A stretch of 64,000 nucleotides of DNA, from IMG/VR virus record IMGVR_UViG_3300043823_000114, positions 1-64,000 of that record; one strand, 5' to 3'. The notes under the pieces were generated by a model. It searched no databases. It was given only the letters and a program-made list of their open reading frames with translations, and had not been told where the DNA came from. Origin of the DNA: a virus. Numbering within the stretch: the stretch's first letter is position 1; each line of letters begins with the position of its first letter. Both the position numbers and the translations under genes were made by a program. Of the stretch, positions 1 to 9,965 are shown in pieces.

Positions 1-1272
1 ATCGAACTCATAGTAATCACATAGACTGCTTAGAATCCAAACATTATCTGTTGTTGCAGTTGCAATGATTCGCTTAAAAGTATCAAGATAGTTATCCACA
101 AATCGAGTAGTGCGAATGTTTGGAAATTTTTGTTTCAATGATACTAGTTGAGCATTATCATAATTGCCGTGATCGACAAAATACATAGCACTACTATCTT
201 CACCAGTGCTCACGAGTTGATTAGTGACAAAGTTTAGATTGGGGAATTGTTCTAGCCCAGTAGCCCATTGAGAGTGTCGTTCAAACTCATGCTTGTTAAT
301 TAAGAATGTATCAGTCCATTTGTTCCATTTACTACCAAATACATGAGTCATATATCGTTGCCATGGCTCAGGTTGCCAGTTAAAATCAAACTCTGTATAA
401 TCATTCTCACTGCTGATAACCCAAAACAAGTTTGTTTTACTCTTGTTGGCACAACGACGAATAGTATCCATCATACTATTCACATAACGGGTAGATTTTA
501 CTTCAATACCCAAATCGTTCAATCCAGCAAGGCGTGATGGTGCTAGCGGGTTATTTTTGTCGATGTAAAATATTTGTAGTTCACCGAGTTCTGCCAATAT
601 ATCTTCAACAAATTTGTGAGTAGTTGCTCCGGGTACACGATACTCTACAGTGGCACTACGATGACCCTCCCAATGCTGATTACCAAATACATAGATAAAT
701 GGAGGGTCAAATGGATCTGGGCACCAACTATAATCAAATTTAATATCAGTATCTGCATTAGTAACCCAGTTATCAGTTGTCGGGGCTAAAGTTGCGTGTA
801 TATTATGCATATACTTGCGCTCCGTTGCACCTTCTACATGATATTCTATTGTGGGCATCCGTTCAGCCCCATGCCATTGGTTACCAAATACATAGATATA
901 GGGTGGGTCAAATGGGTGAGGACACCATGAATAATCAAACTCTGAAATCTCATGTAATGTAATCCAGTTTTTCATTACAGGCATTGATTTAACTATGTTG
1001 CTATGATGATGCCATCTTCTTTCGTCAACATGATTTTTGTTTGCAAGATACACTCCGCCAAACTCACACCATTGATTTGGCCAAGTATGAAGGTGATCAC
1101 TTTCCCACGGAACTGGGGTGTAATCAAAATTAAACCCAGTGTAATCATTGCCTCCATAAATATACCAGAAGTGGCTTGTTTTTGCCTTAGATGCGGCATC
1201 TTCTAAGCTATCAGCTTGTTTTTCAAACGCAAATAAGTTTGGCTTTGGGCCATAATAAAATAAATCAAACAT
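1..1272 (-). CDS. Repeat-containing glycosyltransferase-like protein, 3'-partial (runs off the left edge; absent from the ORF track)
   Basis: Manual translation from ATG at 1272: MFDLFYYGPKPNLFAFEKQADSLEDAASKAKTSHFWYIYGGNDY...; no stop in the stretches checked down to base 1; recurring FD(Y/F)xWxPxP(F/W)...VFGxQW units. Confidence 0.75.
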   Translation of the reverse strand, partial: MFDLFYYGPKPNLFAFEKQADSLEDAASKAKTSHFWYIYGGNDYTGFNFDYTPVPWESDHLHTWPNQWCEFGGVYLANKNHVDERRWHHHSNIVKSMPVMKNWITLHEISEFDYSWCPHPFDPPYIYVFGNQWHGAERMPTIEYHVEGATERKYMHNIHATLAPTTDNWVTNADTDIKFDYSWCPDPFDPPFIYVFGNQHWEGHRSATVEYRVPGATTHKFVEDILAELGELQIFYIDKNNPLAPSRLAGLNDLGIEVKSTRYVNSMMDTIRRCANKSKTNLFWVISSENDYTEFDFNWQPEPWQRYMTHVFGSKWNKWTDTFLINKHEFERHSQWATGLEQFPNLNFVTNQLVSTGEDSSAMYFVDHGNYDNAQLVSLKQKFPNIRTTRFVDNYLDTFKRIIATATTDNVWILSSLCDYYEFD

Positions 1273-2392
1273 GTATAATATCCATAGTCATTACGAGACT
1301 ATCTTTCACAGACTCTCTGACATTGTAACATACCGCAGACTCCTTTATCTACTACCTTACGGATCAACTCAACCAGAAAATCTCGAAAGAATTGCCGATG
1401 ATATTGGTCACACAAATGGAGTTGTAAAAGATGGACCCATGTTTATCTCTTACGATCAAGAACCAATACTAGGGGAGTTCAACTACCCATTATTTGACTA
1501 TATAAAGAACAACTGCCAAGCACCATTTATCTTAATCACAACCGAAAAAGATAGTGATCCATTAGATCAAGTACAAGAACGATATAGTTGGCCCATTGTT
1601 TATTATTTTCATCATGCATTTGCCGCACACGATTGGTTTAGGGGATACCGTTATGATTCAAGATTGATACCAGTCAATCAGCGAACAATCAAAAAGAAGT
1701 TCATCACATTTAATCGTTTAACAAGCAATGCCAGGGTATATCGCAGTCTACTAATAAATGAACTTGTTGAACGAAATATATTAGATCAAGGTTATGTTAG
1801 TTATAGCACAATCAGTCCAGATGATAATGCAGATTACAATCAAGCATTGATGGAATCAATAAACCGATACAATGTACCAGAATATTTAGCAAGACAGGCT
1901 ATAACGAATATCTCAAAACTGCCCCCATTGCGAATTGATAACGACGGGCCTATTCCAAATGGTAGTATGCAACTCAGTGCAGTTCCACAATCACAAGAAT
2001 CATTTTTACAAATAGTGACTGAGACTTGTTATTGGGAGCGAAAGAAACATTTGACTGAAAAGATTTTCAAACCAATCATAAGCAGAATGCCATTTGTTTT
2101 AGTGGGCCCCGCACACAATCTAAAATATCTACGAGAATATGGGTTTAAAACTTTTGATCGTTGGATCGATGAAAGTTACGATGATATAGAAGATCCTATA
2201 CTGCGCATGAAAGCTATCGGTCTTACTATGAGCAAGATATGTAGTCACAGCGAATCAGAGTTATACGATATGCTACAAGAGATGGCGCTAGTTCTCGAAC
2301 ACAATTACAATCATTTCTACAGCAATGAATTTTTAGATTATTGTTGGACAGAACTAATCACAAATATCAAACAAGCAGTCAGCGAAGTTTGA
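1271..2392 (+). CDS. Putative glycosyltransferase (GT10/fucosyltransferase-like TEK motif)
   Basis: 373 aa; IVTET..W...HLTEKIFKPI...PFVLVG...L+YLRxxGFKTF..W.DESYD block shared with 13976-14932. Confidence 0.55.
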   Translation: MYNIHSHYETIFHRLSDIVTYRRLLYLLPYGSTQPENLERIADDIGHTNGVVKDGPMFISYDQEPILGEFNYPLFDYIKNNCQAPFILITTEKDSDPLDQVQERYSWPIVYYFHHAFAAHDWFRGYRYDSRLIPVNQRTIKKKFITFNRLTSNARVYRSLLINELVERNILDQGYVSYSTISPDDNADYNQALMESINRYNVPEYLARQAITNISKLPPLRIDNDGPIPNGSMQLSAVPQSQESFLQIVTETCYWERKKHLTEKIFKPIISRMPFVLVGPAHNLKYLREYGFKTFDRWIDESYDDIEDPILRMKAIGLTMSKICSHSESELYDMLQEMALVLEHNYNHFYSNEFLDYCWTELITNIKQAVSEV

Positions 2393-2999
2393 TATTTGTC
2401 CACACTCGCTCATGTAGATAAAATAATGCAATTTTAGTAAATATTTCAACTCCACCAATAGCAGCCGCAAGATCAACTCTACCAGTAATAATCCAACTTA
2501 GCACAAATGTATCTATAGTTCCCAGTGTACGCCAACTAATTGCTTTTAATATACTTCGTCTATGTGTGTCTGTTTTGTGATACGCCGCAACAATATTGTC
2601 TATGATATCTGTGTTTTGTGACCAATCAGTAATAGCATAACTAAAAAATTTAGGATTTTCAAATATCTTATTTGTATCTTCAAAGCGACCTTGCTCTATT
2701 GTATTCATCCAAATTATAATATCAGCATCAAACCATTGTTGATATTCGTTTGTAGGACACACGAAGTCACATACTACAAAATCTTCCGTAGAATTGTCCG
2801 ACATTTGTTTCATTCGTTTAAGCTGACGCAATCTACCTTCTGCACTAAAATCCCAATCACCGTGCTCTGCTCGAACTGCATCAGCATTTAGCCATCTAAC
2901 AGTATGTGCAAGCATTAGTCTCTTAACTAGCTCTTGGCTAAATGTTGTCTTGCCAGATCCAGGCAATCCCATCACTAAAATTTTCTTCGTCATGAGCAA
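2379..2999 (-). CDS. Adenylylsulfate-kinase-like P-loop kinase fused to a DUF2061-like membrane domain
   Basis: GLPGSGKTT, LNADAVR, DFSAEGR, DFVCPT motifs; C-terminal RSILKAISWR...LFYLHERVW. Confidence 0.75.
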   Translation of the reverse strand: MLMTKKILVMGLPGSGKTTFSQELVKRLMLAHTVRWLNADAVRAEHGDWDFSAEGRLRQLKRMKQMSDNSTEDFVVCDFVCPTNEYQQWFDADIIIWMNTIEQGRFEDTNKIFENPKFFSYAITDWSQNTDIIDNIVAAYHKTDTHRRSILKAISWRTLGTIDTFVLSWIITGRVDLAAAIGGVEIFTKIALFYLHERVWTNIKLR

Positions 3000-4477
3000 A
3001 CCTTTACATTATATAACTGTTCAAATCTATCTGCATCTTTGCGGTCATTGACCATTGGCTCACCACGAATGTTTAAACTAGTGTTTAATAACATGGGGCA
3101 ATCAGTCATCACAAACCATTTCTCTAAGAGTTCTCGGATTCCTGATCCGTCTTGGGGGACTGTTTGTACCCTACTAGTATTATCGTAATGCGCAATAGCA
3201 GGAAATAAATCAGGACGCCGGCAAGTAGCCACTGACTGCATATAAGGGCTAGTGGCAAAGCCCCAAGGCATATCAAAATACTCTTAGGCATGTTCTTCAA
3301 GAATGATCGGCGCGAAAGGCCTAAATTTTTGTCTGCGTTTGATTTCATTTACTCGATCCTTTATATCTGTACCACGGGGGTCTGCTAATAAACTTCTATT
3401 GCCTAATGCTCTTGGTCCGAATTCCGCTCTGCCACTAGCCACACCAACAATGCGATCAGACAAAAGAGCATCCAGGGCATCGTTAACAGGGTAAGCACCA
3501 GGTATATTGTGGCCCAGAAAAGCAGTTGTCCAATTAATACGCTGACCGTAAGCAAGGGCGGCAGCCCCCATACTGCAACCAGCATCGCCAGGATTAGGCA
3601 TAATCCAAATGTTGTCAAAATATGCTCCTATATGTCTATTTGCACTACAGTTAAGCGCAACACCGCCCATGTAGACTAAGTTATTGCTCCAACCTAGTTT
3701 CTTTGCACGATATATTACATTCAGTACCAATGTCTCTACGATGCTTTGTGCACTATGAGCCATTTCTTCTACGCCAGCTCCTTTAAAGAAATTTTCAGTA
3801 AAGCCTAGGTGTAGGTTTTGTTTTAGTCTAATCTCGTATTCGTCGTCAATCACGGCATTTTGTACAAGGTCATTGTATACATCAGTGCCATAAGCAGCCA
3901 TGCCCATTGTAATGTATTCTTCTTCATTGGGCTTTAGTCCACACCTCTGTGTCATAGCACTATAAAACAATCCAATGCTATGCGGATACTTTTGTCCCCA
4001 TAGCTTTTTGTATTTGGCTTTGCCACCAACATACTCTGCGCCCCAGATACTGATAGTATCAAACTCACCAATGGCATCAATAACAACTACCGTGGCACGA
4101 TCAAATGGGCTTGTTTGAAACCCTGCGGCTGCATGACTTAGGTGATGACTATAACATTTTGTGGTTCGCACATTTGTCATAATACAAGTGTTCTTTAACT
4201 GCTCGTTTAGTGCACGGTTTAAAGTTATCTTATCCCACTCAACGCCTTGACCCGAGTATAATTGTCTCAGTTGTTTCTTCCAGGGAGTTTCGTAGTAAGC
4301 AATAGTATCTATTACACCATAGTCATATAAGTCTGCGATTAACTCGGGACTTATGTTTGCATCATTCTTGATCTTGCTATAGCGTTCGCTATGACCGGCG
4401 AATAAGATATCACCGTGTCTATTGATTACTGTTGCGGCGGCATCATGAAAGCCAGCCGAGATTCCTAATATGTTCAT
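2990..4477 (-). pseudogene. NodU/CmcH-family carbamoyltransferase interrupted by one in-frame TAA (track ORFs 3284-4477 and 2990-3271)
   Basis: HDAAA, ERYS, HHLSHAA, GGVALNC, GDAG, EFGPRALGNRSLLADP, FRPFAP in the first ORF; SRVQTV and LLNTSLN..GEP in the second; junction reads LEEHA-TAA-EYFDMPW in one frame. Confidence 0.85.
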
Positions 4478-5105
4478 ACAATTTTGCGGTCACCTTTCTA
4501 TGACCATCTTCTAAGAAATGCTCTCTAGGGCCACGCTTACATCCATTAGTCCATTCAGCCATCCCTTCTGATGGCCATCCTAGAAAGTTAGATGCGTCAA
4601 TCATTTTTGGTAACTTAGCATCATCATTATAAAATGTTTTATGATAATATTCATTAGATACCACTGACATCATAATATATTTGATGTTTCTTTGTTTAAG
4701 AAAGTCTTGCAACAGTATAACATCATATAAAAACTTTGTATATAGATATTTTGGATCATGATATTGATTGGTATAATTCAATAGTTCCAATCTCCAATCT
4801 TGACCATCTCGCCTAAACAAGTCCCCGCCATATCCAGGCCAAATGTCAAACACTCCATTGGCATCGGCGAATTCCATACGACCCGGACTCGTCCACCCAA
4901 TAATAACTAAATCTAAAGGTTCACCGCTGACTACATAGTCAATTACTTTTCTAATCATCTGAGTGTTACCACCGCTAGGCTGACCCAAATTGACGATATT
5001 GGCTTTTAGTCCTTTGGCGAGATGGTATGGGTACGCATGATCTCTATTATCAAGTTCTTCCCCGTAAGTGAAACTATCACCAACAGCTAAAATATTTTTA
5101 ATCAT
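4443..5105 (-). CDS. SGNH/GDSL-like hydrolase or acyltransferase
   Basis: AVGDSFTYG block I, NLGQPSGGN block II, C-terminal EHFLEDGH. Confidence 0.65.
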   Translation of the reverse strand: MIKNILAVGDSFTYGEELDNRDHAYPYHLAKGLKANIVNLGQPSGGNTQMIRKVIDYVVSGEPLDLVIIGWTSPGRMEFADANGVFDIWPGYGGDLFRRDGQDWRLELLNYTNQYHDPKYLYTKFLYDVILLQDFLKQRNIKYIMMSVVSNEYYHKTFYNDDAKLPKMIDASNFLGWPSEGMAEWTNGCKRGPREHFLEDGHRKVTAKLYEHIRNLGWLS

Positions 5106-5203
5106 TTGTAGATAAATGGATCTCGTTTGCGTAATTCTTTTAGTTTTTTACGGTAGCGAATTTCTAATACGATTCGATTATACAGATTTTTTAACCAGTT
5201 CAT
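5102..5203 (-). CDS. 33-aa basic micro-protein MNWLKNLYNRIVLEIRYRKKLKELRKRDPFIYK
   Basis: Fills the gap between the two SGNH genes; its TGA overlaps the next ATG (ATGA coupling at 5102-5105). Confidence 0.7.
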   Translation of the reverse strand: MNWLKNLYNRIVLEIRYRKKLKELRKRDPFIYK

Positions 5204-5993
5204 TGAATTTATCTTTCATTAATTTGGCAGCATCAACATGTGCCTCTTCTAATGGGTGAGTAGTACCCACTGGGTATTTATTCTCAATGGCCCACTGATA
5301 AAACCCTCTCGGTCTTTCGATCTGATTGAACCCCACACCGGGTGGGAACATATATGTATTAGACCAATCAATCTGGGATCTCAGTGCCCACATGTCTATG
5401 CCTTGGAATCTAGTTTCTTGAAATTTTTCATTATCCGGATGAATGTGATTCTCTGCAAATGTAAAAAGATATGGGATATTTTTTATTTTTAAATATTGTT
5501 GCAAAAAAACTACCTCTTTAATAGTAGAGTATGTATCGTATATGTCACTGTCGCCTACGTGTTTATAAAACATTTTACTAAAATCACCTAATCCAGTACT
5601 TTTACTAAAGTTAAAATGATTGATATGATTTTGTAGGACACCAGAATCACCATGTACAATCTGTGTTATTTCGTTCATATCATCGTAATTGTCCCATGGA
5701 TTTATACTATACCAATTAGATTTGCTAATTTCATAGTTAAATCTAAACTCGTATCTACAGGCAAATGTCCATTGAACAATAACAAACATATCTCGGTTAA
5801 AGCGGTTTTGACATTCATTTATCACTAATCTAGAGATTGCATTATTTGCACTTCCACTTTTTGCCGCACACGAATATTCAAACCCAGCATCTTTGGCTAG
5901 TAATGCCGGATAAGTGCTCCGACTGGGTCCATTAACTTGATCGGCCAGTTCTGCACCATATATGAAACTATCACCGCCCGCTACTATAATCAT
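5178..5993 (-). CDS. SGNH/GDSL-like protein, paralogue of 4443-5105
   Basis: AGGDSFIYG, AKSGSAN, WTFACRYEF, THPLEEAH. Confidence 0.65.
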   Translation of the reverse strand: MIIVAGGDSFIYGAELADQVNGPSRSTYPALLAKDAGFEYSCAAKSGSANNAISRLVINECQNRFNRDMFVIVQWTFACRYEFRFNYEISKSNWYSINPWDNYDDMNEITQIVHGDSGVLQNHINHFNFSKSTGLGDFSKMFYKHVGDSDIYDTYSTIKEVVFLQQYLKIKNIPYLFTFAENHIHPDNEKFQETRFQGIDMWALRSQIDWSNTYMFPPGVGFNQIERPRGFYQWAIENKYPVGTTHPLEEAHVDAAKLMKDKFNELVKKSV

Positions 5994-7062
5994 ATCCTGG
6001 CTTCAATCTTGCTATTTGTTGTTCGTAGTAGTCTGAGTCTGTATAACTGTAGGGGTATACGGAGCGTAGAATACCGCCTCCATCATCGTCACACGAGATC
6101 GATACAATATCGAGGTACTGGGCCAGCCTGGGCCAAATCTCACGGTAGTCGGTGGTGCCAAAACTCGTTTGCAAATCGACTTGGCCGACTGCATGGTATC
6201 CAAAGTTATATGATGTCTCGTCCAGAGCAAATCCGTTGCGAGTAAGCCAATCTTTAAATCCCGCCATTTCTTCGGTGTGCCACGGATGCGGCCCATTATA
6301 TACCACACTCTGCGCCCATTCGATATCAAACTCTCCACTATAGTAGCGTAGATGAGTAATAGCATCACATACGCTGGCGTCAATATCGACACCTTGCTCA
6401 TCTCTATATACTTCATACAGCGTCTTACCAATCTGCGTCCAATGTAAGTAAACTTCCCCGAATTTTCTATCGTATCTAGTTTCGTCAAAAGTTGTTTTAA
6501 GTTCTGTTGGGAATTCATATCGTGGTGCATTTAAAAATGTCGTAATCTGGCTTGGGCGAACCCACTCGGGCTGTGTCGCTTTCTTACGCTGACTAAGCAT
6601 TAAACTCTCTGCCTCGTGGCACAGATTGTTTAACTGTCTAATTGCAAACTTAGCTGTATCGTCTGCCCGTTTATAGTAATCACTCAATCCCCACACAGTA
6701 CCTTGAAGTATTTCAAAGTGATTGTGTAGCAAGTTCATTGCTGTTTGATTGGGACTTAAATCTGTTTGTTGTATAAACGCAGGAGTGTATACTTCGTTTA
6801 TTTGATATTCCTTACCAAAGAAATGATTGATACTATCGCAGGCCCAGTTAAGTTCATCACAGATAAAGTTTATATCTCTTGGTGTATCAGGGAAGCCAAG
6901 AAAGCAAAAGTTCTTTTCAAGGTATAGATTGCGTCTGAGAACATCCTGTAGAGCCAGATACCAATTATTACCCATCGGGGTATCATACACATCGATAATA
7001 TAATCTAGTGTATCAGTTTTATCTAAGGGGTTTTGTAGTGTAACTGTTACTTTATTCGCCAT
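5971..7062 (-). CDS. Hypothetical protein, possibly metal-binding
   Basis: 363-aa ORF overlapping both neighbours; LHNHFE and LNNLCHEAE helices. Confidence 0.6.
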   Translation of the reverse strand: MANKVTVTLQNPLDKTDTLDYIIDVYDTPMGNNWYLALQDVLRRNLYLEKNFCFLGFPDTPRDINFICDELNWACDSINHFFGKEYQINEVYTPAFIQQTDLSPNQTAMNLLHNHFEILQGTVWGLSDYYKRADDTAKFAIRQLNNLCHEAESLMLSQRKKATQPEWVRPSQITTFLNAPRYEFPTELKTTFDETRYDRKFGEVYLHWTQIGKTLYEVYRDEQGVDIDASVCDAITHLRYYSGEFDIEWAQSVVYNGPHPWHTEEMAGFKDWLTRNGFALDETSYNFGYHAVGQVDLQTSFGTTDYREIWPRLAQYLDIVSISCDDDGGGILRSVYPYSYTDSDYYEQQIARLKPGYDYSSGR

Positions 7063-7261
7063 ATTTTAAAATAAAATACATTAGTTGTGATTCTTCTTCT
7101 TCAGTGACATCCAAGCAAAGCGTGACATCCGTATTGAAATAACTGCTAAGCCCCATTATATCTTCATGAACCCACCAGCGCACATTTTCAGTGCCTAAAT
7201 TTTCTTTGCACCATTCTTTGATTTCTGACTTGTTGGTTTGTTTGATTCTATATTTCTTCAA
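7052..7261 (-). CDS. Hypothetical protein
   Basis: 69 aa, overlaps both flanking genes in the operon. Confidence 0.6.
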   Translation of the reverse strand: MKKYRIKQTNKSEIKEWCKENLGTENVRWWVHEDIMGLSSYFNTDVTLCLDVTEEEESQLMYFILKYGE

Positions 7262-8552
7262 TTGAGTCCCACCATTCTAATACTTGGGGTCTCGCACTCA
7301 ATATTTCACGCATAGTGATTGGTTGTGTGCGAATACTTTCTAATTTTAGCACACGAGCTTTGCCTTTTGCAATAGCTTTGGGGTATTCATTGGGCCATTG
7401 TTCTTGAAAGGTGGTTCTAGATTTTAGCTCGACCAAGATATCCTTTAACGGGCACTCACCAGTTATGTTATGTGTTGTTTCATCTATCCAGGGTTCTAAA
7501 AGTTCTCTGGGTAGGGCTAAAGGTGACATAACTATGTCCGGGCTAAAACTAAAAACTACTTTCGCTAATATATTTACATCTAACTCTCGTGACAGTCGCA
7601 AAATGTTAAGGGTTTCGAACATACCTGGCAATGTGAGTGTGAAGTCAATTCGCATCTGGCGTCTGTTAGTTGCGATCTCAACTCCTCTACGGAAGTTCTC
7701 AAGCCACTGATTGTAGTCAAGGCCTGTTCTAATATACTCGCCAATCGCTCCTGTTCCGTCAAGGCTGGCACAGATCTGCCAATCACGCACTTTCGAAAGA
7801 ATGTCTTTGTAAAGATCAGTGCCACGATAACTAACACGGGAGAGGTTAGTATTATATCTAGCATAAACATTTGGTCCGTCCCCTAAATCAACTATTCGTT
7901 TCATATACCGCCAATGCTGTTCATACATCAACGGTTCACCGCCAACCCAGTAGACTTCTTCCACTCTATGTTCTTCTACTGCTTGTGCAAACTCTGCTTC
8001 TACTTGACTTAGTTGAAACTCCTCTATTTGTTTTTTGATTTCAGGTTTCATCCAATTATTCTTTGGGTCATGCCAGTTGATCATATCGTGCTGTCTTTGC
8101 TCACTTTCCCAACTACTAGACAACATATCGCCGCACATACGGCATTTAAAGTTACAAAGATTACTAAATCTATAATCCCACGATACGGGCTTCATTGTTG
8201 TATAACCAGTATCGTCAGTACTTTCCATTACTTCTGAATACTTATGCTGAAATAACTGATTGAAATAGTCTCTGTAAACAGAGGTATTCAAGAGTTTATC
8301 ATTACATACTTCGCACTCCGGTAATGTTTCGCCTGCAATCATGCGTTTTCTAACAGAGCGCATATGCTCCCCGTTCCAATGTTCATCTAAAGTGATAGGT
8401 ATATACTTACCAGAACCAGCGCTTGTGTCGATATATTGTTGAAAGTTTTGTGCAGGCTCTCTACTGGCACAGCACATTCTGCGTTCTGTTTGCGGACTCA
8501 AATATGTATGAGTCCAAGGTGCCATGCAAAGTGTATCTGGTTTAACGACCAT
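7248..8552 (-). CDS. Radical SAM protein with N-terminal twitch/SPASM-like domain
   Basis: CMAPW...CC...CEVC, CNFKCRMC, GGEP. Confidence 0.9.
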   Translation of the reverse strand: MVVKPDTLCMAPWTHTYLSPQTERRMCCASREPAQNFQQYIDTSAGSGKYIPITLDEHWNGEHMRSVRKRMIAGETLPECEVCNDKLLNTSVYRDYFNQLFQHKYSEVMESTDDTGYTTMKPVSWDYRFSNLCNFKCRMCGDMLSSSWESEQRQHDMINWHDPKNNWMKPEIKKQIEEFQLSQVEAEFAQAVEEHRVEEVYWVGGEPLMYEQHWRYMKRIVDLGDGPNVYARYNTNLSRVSYRGTDLYKDILSKVRDWQICASLDGTGAIGEYIRTGLDYNQWLENFRRGVEIATNRRQMRIDFTLTLPGMFETLNILRLSRELDVNILAKVVFSFSPDIVMSPLALPRELLEPWIDETTHNITGECPLKDILVELKSRTTFQEQWPNEYPKAIAKGKARVLKLESIRTQPITMREILSARPQVLEWWDSIEEI

Positions 8553-8757
8553 ATTTGTTATTGATTATTTTTAATGTTTCTTTTGCGTATTGACCAGACG
8601 GATGATCTTTGTGCATCCGTGCGATATCGTCTAACGCTGTCCACATAAGTTCGTGTTCATTTTGAATTTCGAAAACTCTATTACGGAGGTTGGCACTGTC
8701 CACAATACTCAAACAAGCACCGATAAACTTAACAAGTAACCGTACCCATAATTCCAT
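8542..8757 (-). CDS. Hypothetical protein
   Basis: 71 aa, coupled to both neighbours. Confidence 0.55.
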   Translation of the reverse strand: MELWVRLLVKFIGACLSIVDSANLRNRVFEIQNEHELMWTALDDIARMHKDHPSGQYAKETLKIINNKYGR

Positions 8758-9965
8758 TAATATCCCATAGCCTGTGCTATTTCTGGATGTGTGAGCATAA
8801 AGTTTTGTTTACGGTACTCATCTGTTTGTTTCATCTGTCTGCAAAATTCTTTACCATCACTACCAGCTCCGTTTTCAATAAACTTGATTACATTGACAAT
8901 TTCTTGTTGATGTTTGGTTGACTTCCAGAATGTTGTTTTGAGTTTGTTTAATACTAATTCCCGTGCTTCGGGTGTCATATGTTGAATACTCATACGCTCT
9001 GGACTATGAAGCATATTAAAATAGATGCTACCGAAATGTTTAGTATCTGCCCAGTCAAGTAGTTCATCAAGATAATAAACATTTTGAATGTTGATTGTAA
9101 AGCAAAGTTGGGTAGTGATATTGGGATACATTATTTGTAATACATGTGTGGCATCAATGATTGCATTTGCTTCTGTCCAATTGGCCCCAAATCGTTCGTA
9201 CTCAAAACGATCTCCCACATTGTCAATGCTATAAGCAATATCTACTCTGCCAAGTTTGCTCAGTAACGGAACTAATCTCGATGGGGGTTGCGTGCCATTT
9301 GTGTTGTAATGTATATCTATATTTTTGCCATAGCCCTCTTGCACTGCAAACTCTAGCAAATCCCAGTGTTCTTCAATAAGCCAAGGTTCGCCACCAGTGA
9401 ATTCAAAATACTTTATCTGTGGCAGCAATGCTTTTAGATTCTCCCAGAAGTCTGGACTTTCTTCTGGCCACTTACCTTGTTTAAGCCAAGTGTATGCGAT
9501 ATGCTGTTTCTTATTCGCGCCTTTTGGTAAGTAATCCATTTCTTCGCTTGCCCATTTACTGCTTGACCACGAACCGCATATCCTACACTTAAGGTTGCAA
9601 ATGTTTCCAAGTTTGAGGTCAACGAACCAGAGTTGATCAGGGTTATCATTATTCCAATCGACCTGTGTATATAATTCTTTGAGCCTAACACGGGAATGAA
9701 TTCGTTTACTATCACGCCCCGCGGCTTCTTCTTCCCAACAACGATTGCAAGTTGACGGTTGTTCACCCCTACGAAACTGTTGTCGTAAAGATTGCATATA
9801 ATTGCTACGGTAGATGACTTCGAGTGTGGTGCTACGTAACGAGTACGGGTTGTTATTCTCATCTTTAATTTCCTCTTGTGCAAGACAACATGGTCTTGCT
9901 GTGGCCATTGGACTAGCCTCAATGCTAATCCATGGCAGCATACAAATAGTATTAGGTAGATCCAT
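8757..9965 (-). CDS. Radical SAM protein with N-terminal twitch domain
   Basis: CMLPW...PCC...CNRC, CNLKCRIC, TGGEP. Confidence 0.9.
   Translation of the reverse strand: MDLPNTICMLPWISIEASPMATARPCCLAQEEIKDENNNPYSLRSTTLEVIYRSNYMQSLRQQFRRGEQPSTCNRCWEEEAAGRDSKRIHSRVRLKELYTQVDWNNDNPDQLWFVDLKLGNICNLKCRICGSWSSSKWASEEMDYLPKGANKKQHIAYTWLKQGKWPEESPDFWENLKALLPQIKYFEFTGGEPWLIEEHWDLLEFAVQEGYGKNIDIHYNTNGTQPPSRLVPLLSKLGRVDIAYSIDNVGDRFEYERFGANWTEANAIIDATHVLQIMYPNITTQLCFTINIQNVYYLDELLDWADTKHFGSIYFNMLHSPERMSIQHMTPEARELVLNKLKTTFWKSTKHQQEIVNVIKFIENGAGSDGKEFCRQMKQTDEYRKQNFMLTHPEIAQAMGY

Noticed and set aside
343-1206. Short track ORFs (343-537, 777-962, 993-1199, 1003-1206)
   Set aside because: They are shadows of the long minus-strand ORF starting at 1272
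3284-3286. Genome-wide stop-codon reassignment
   Set aside because: TAA, TGA and TAG all end genes here, and the other long genes are uninterrupted in the standard code
2379-5993. Saxitoxin biosynthesis
   Set aside because: Only generic tailoring families are present; no sxtA/sxtG-like core enzymes in the window
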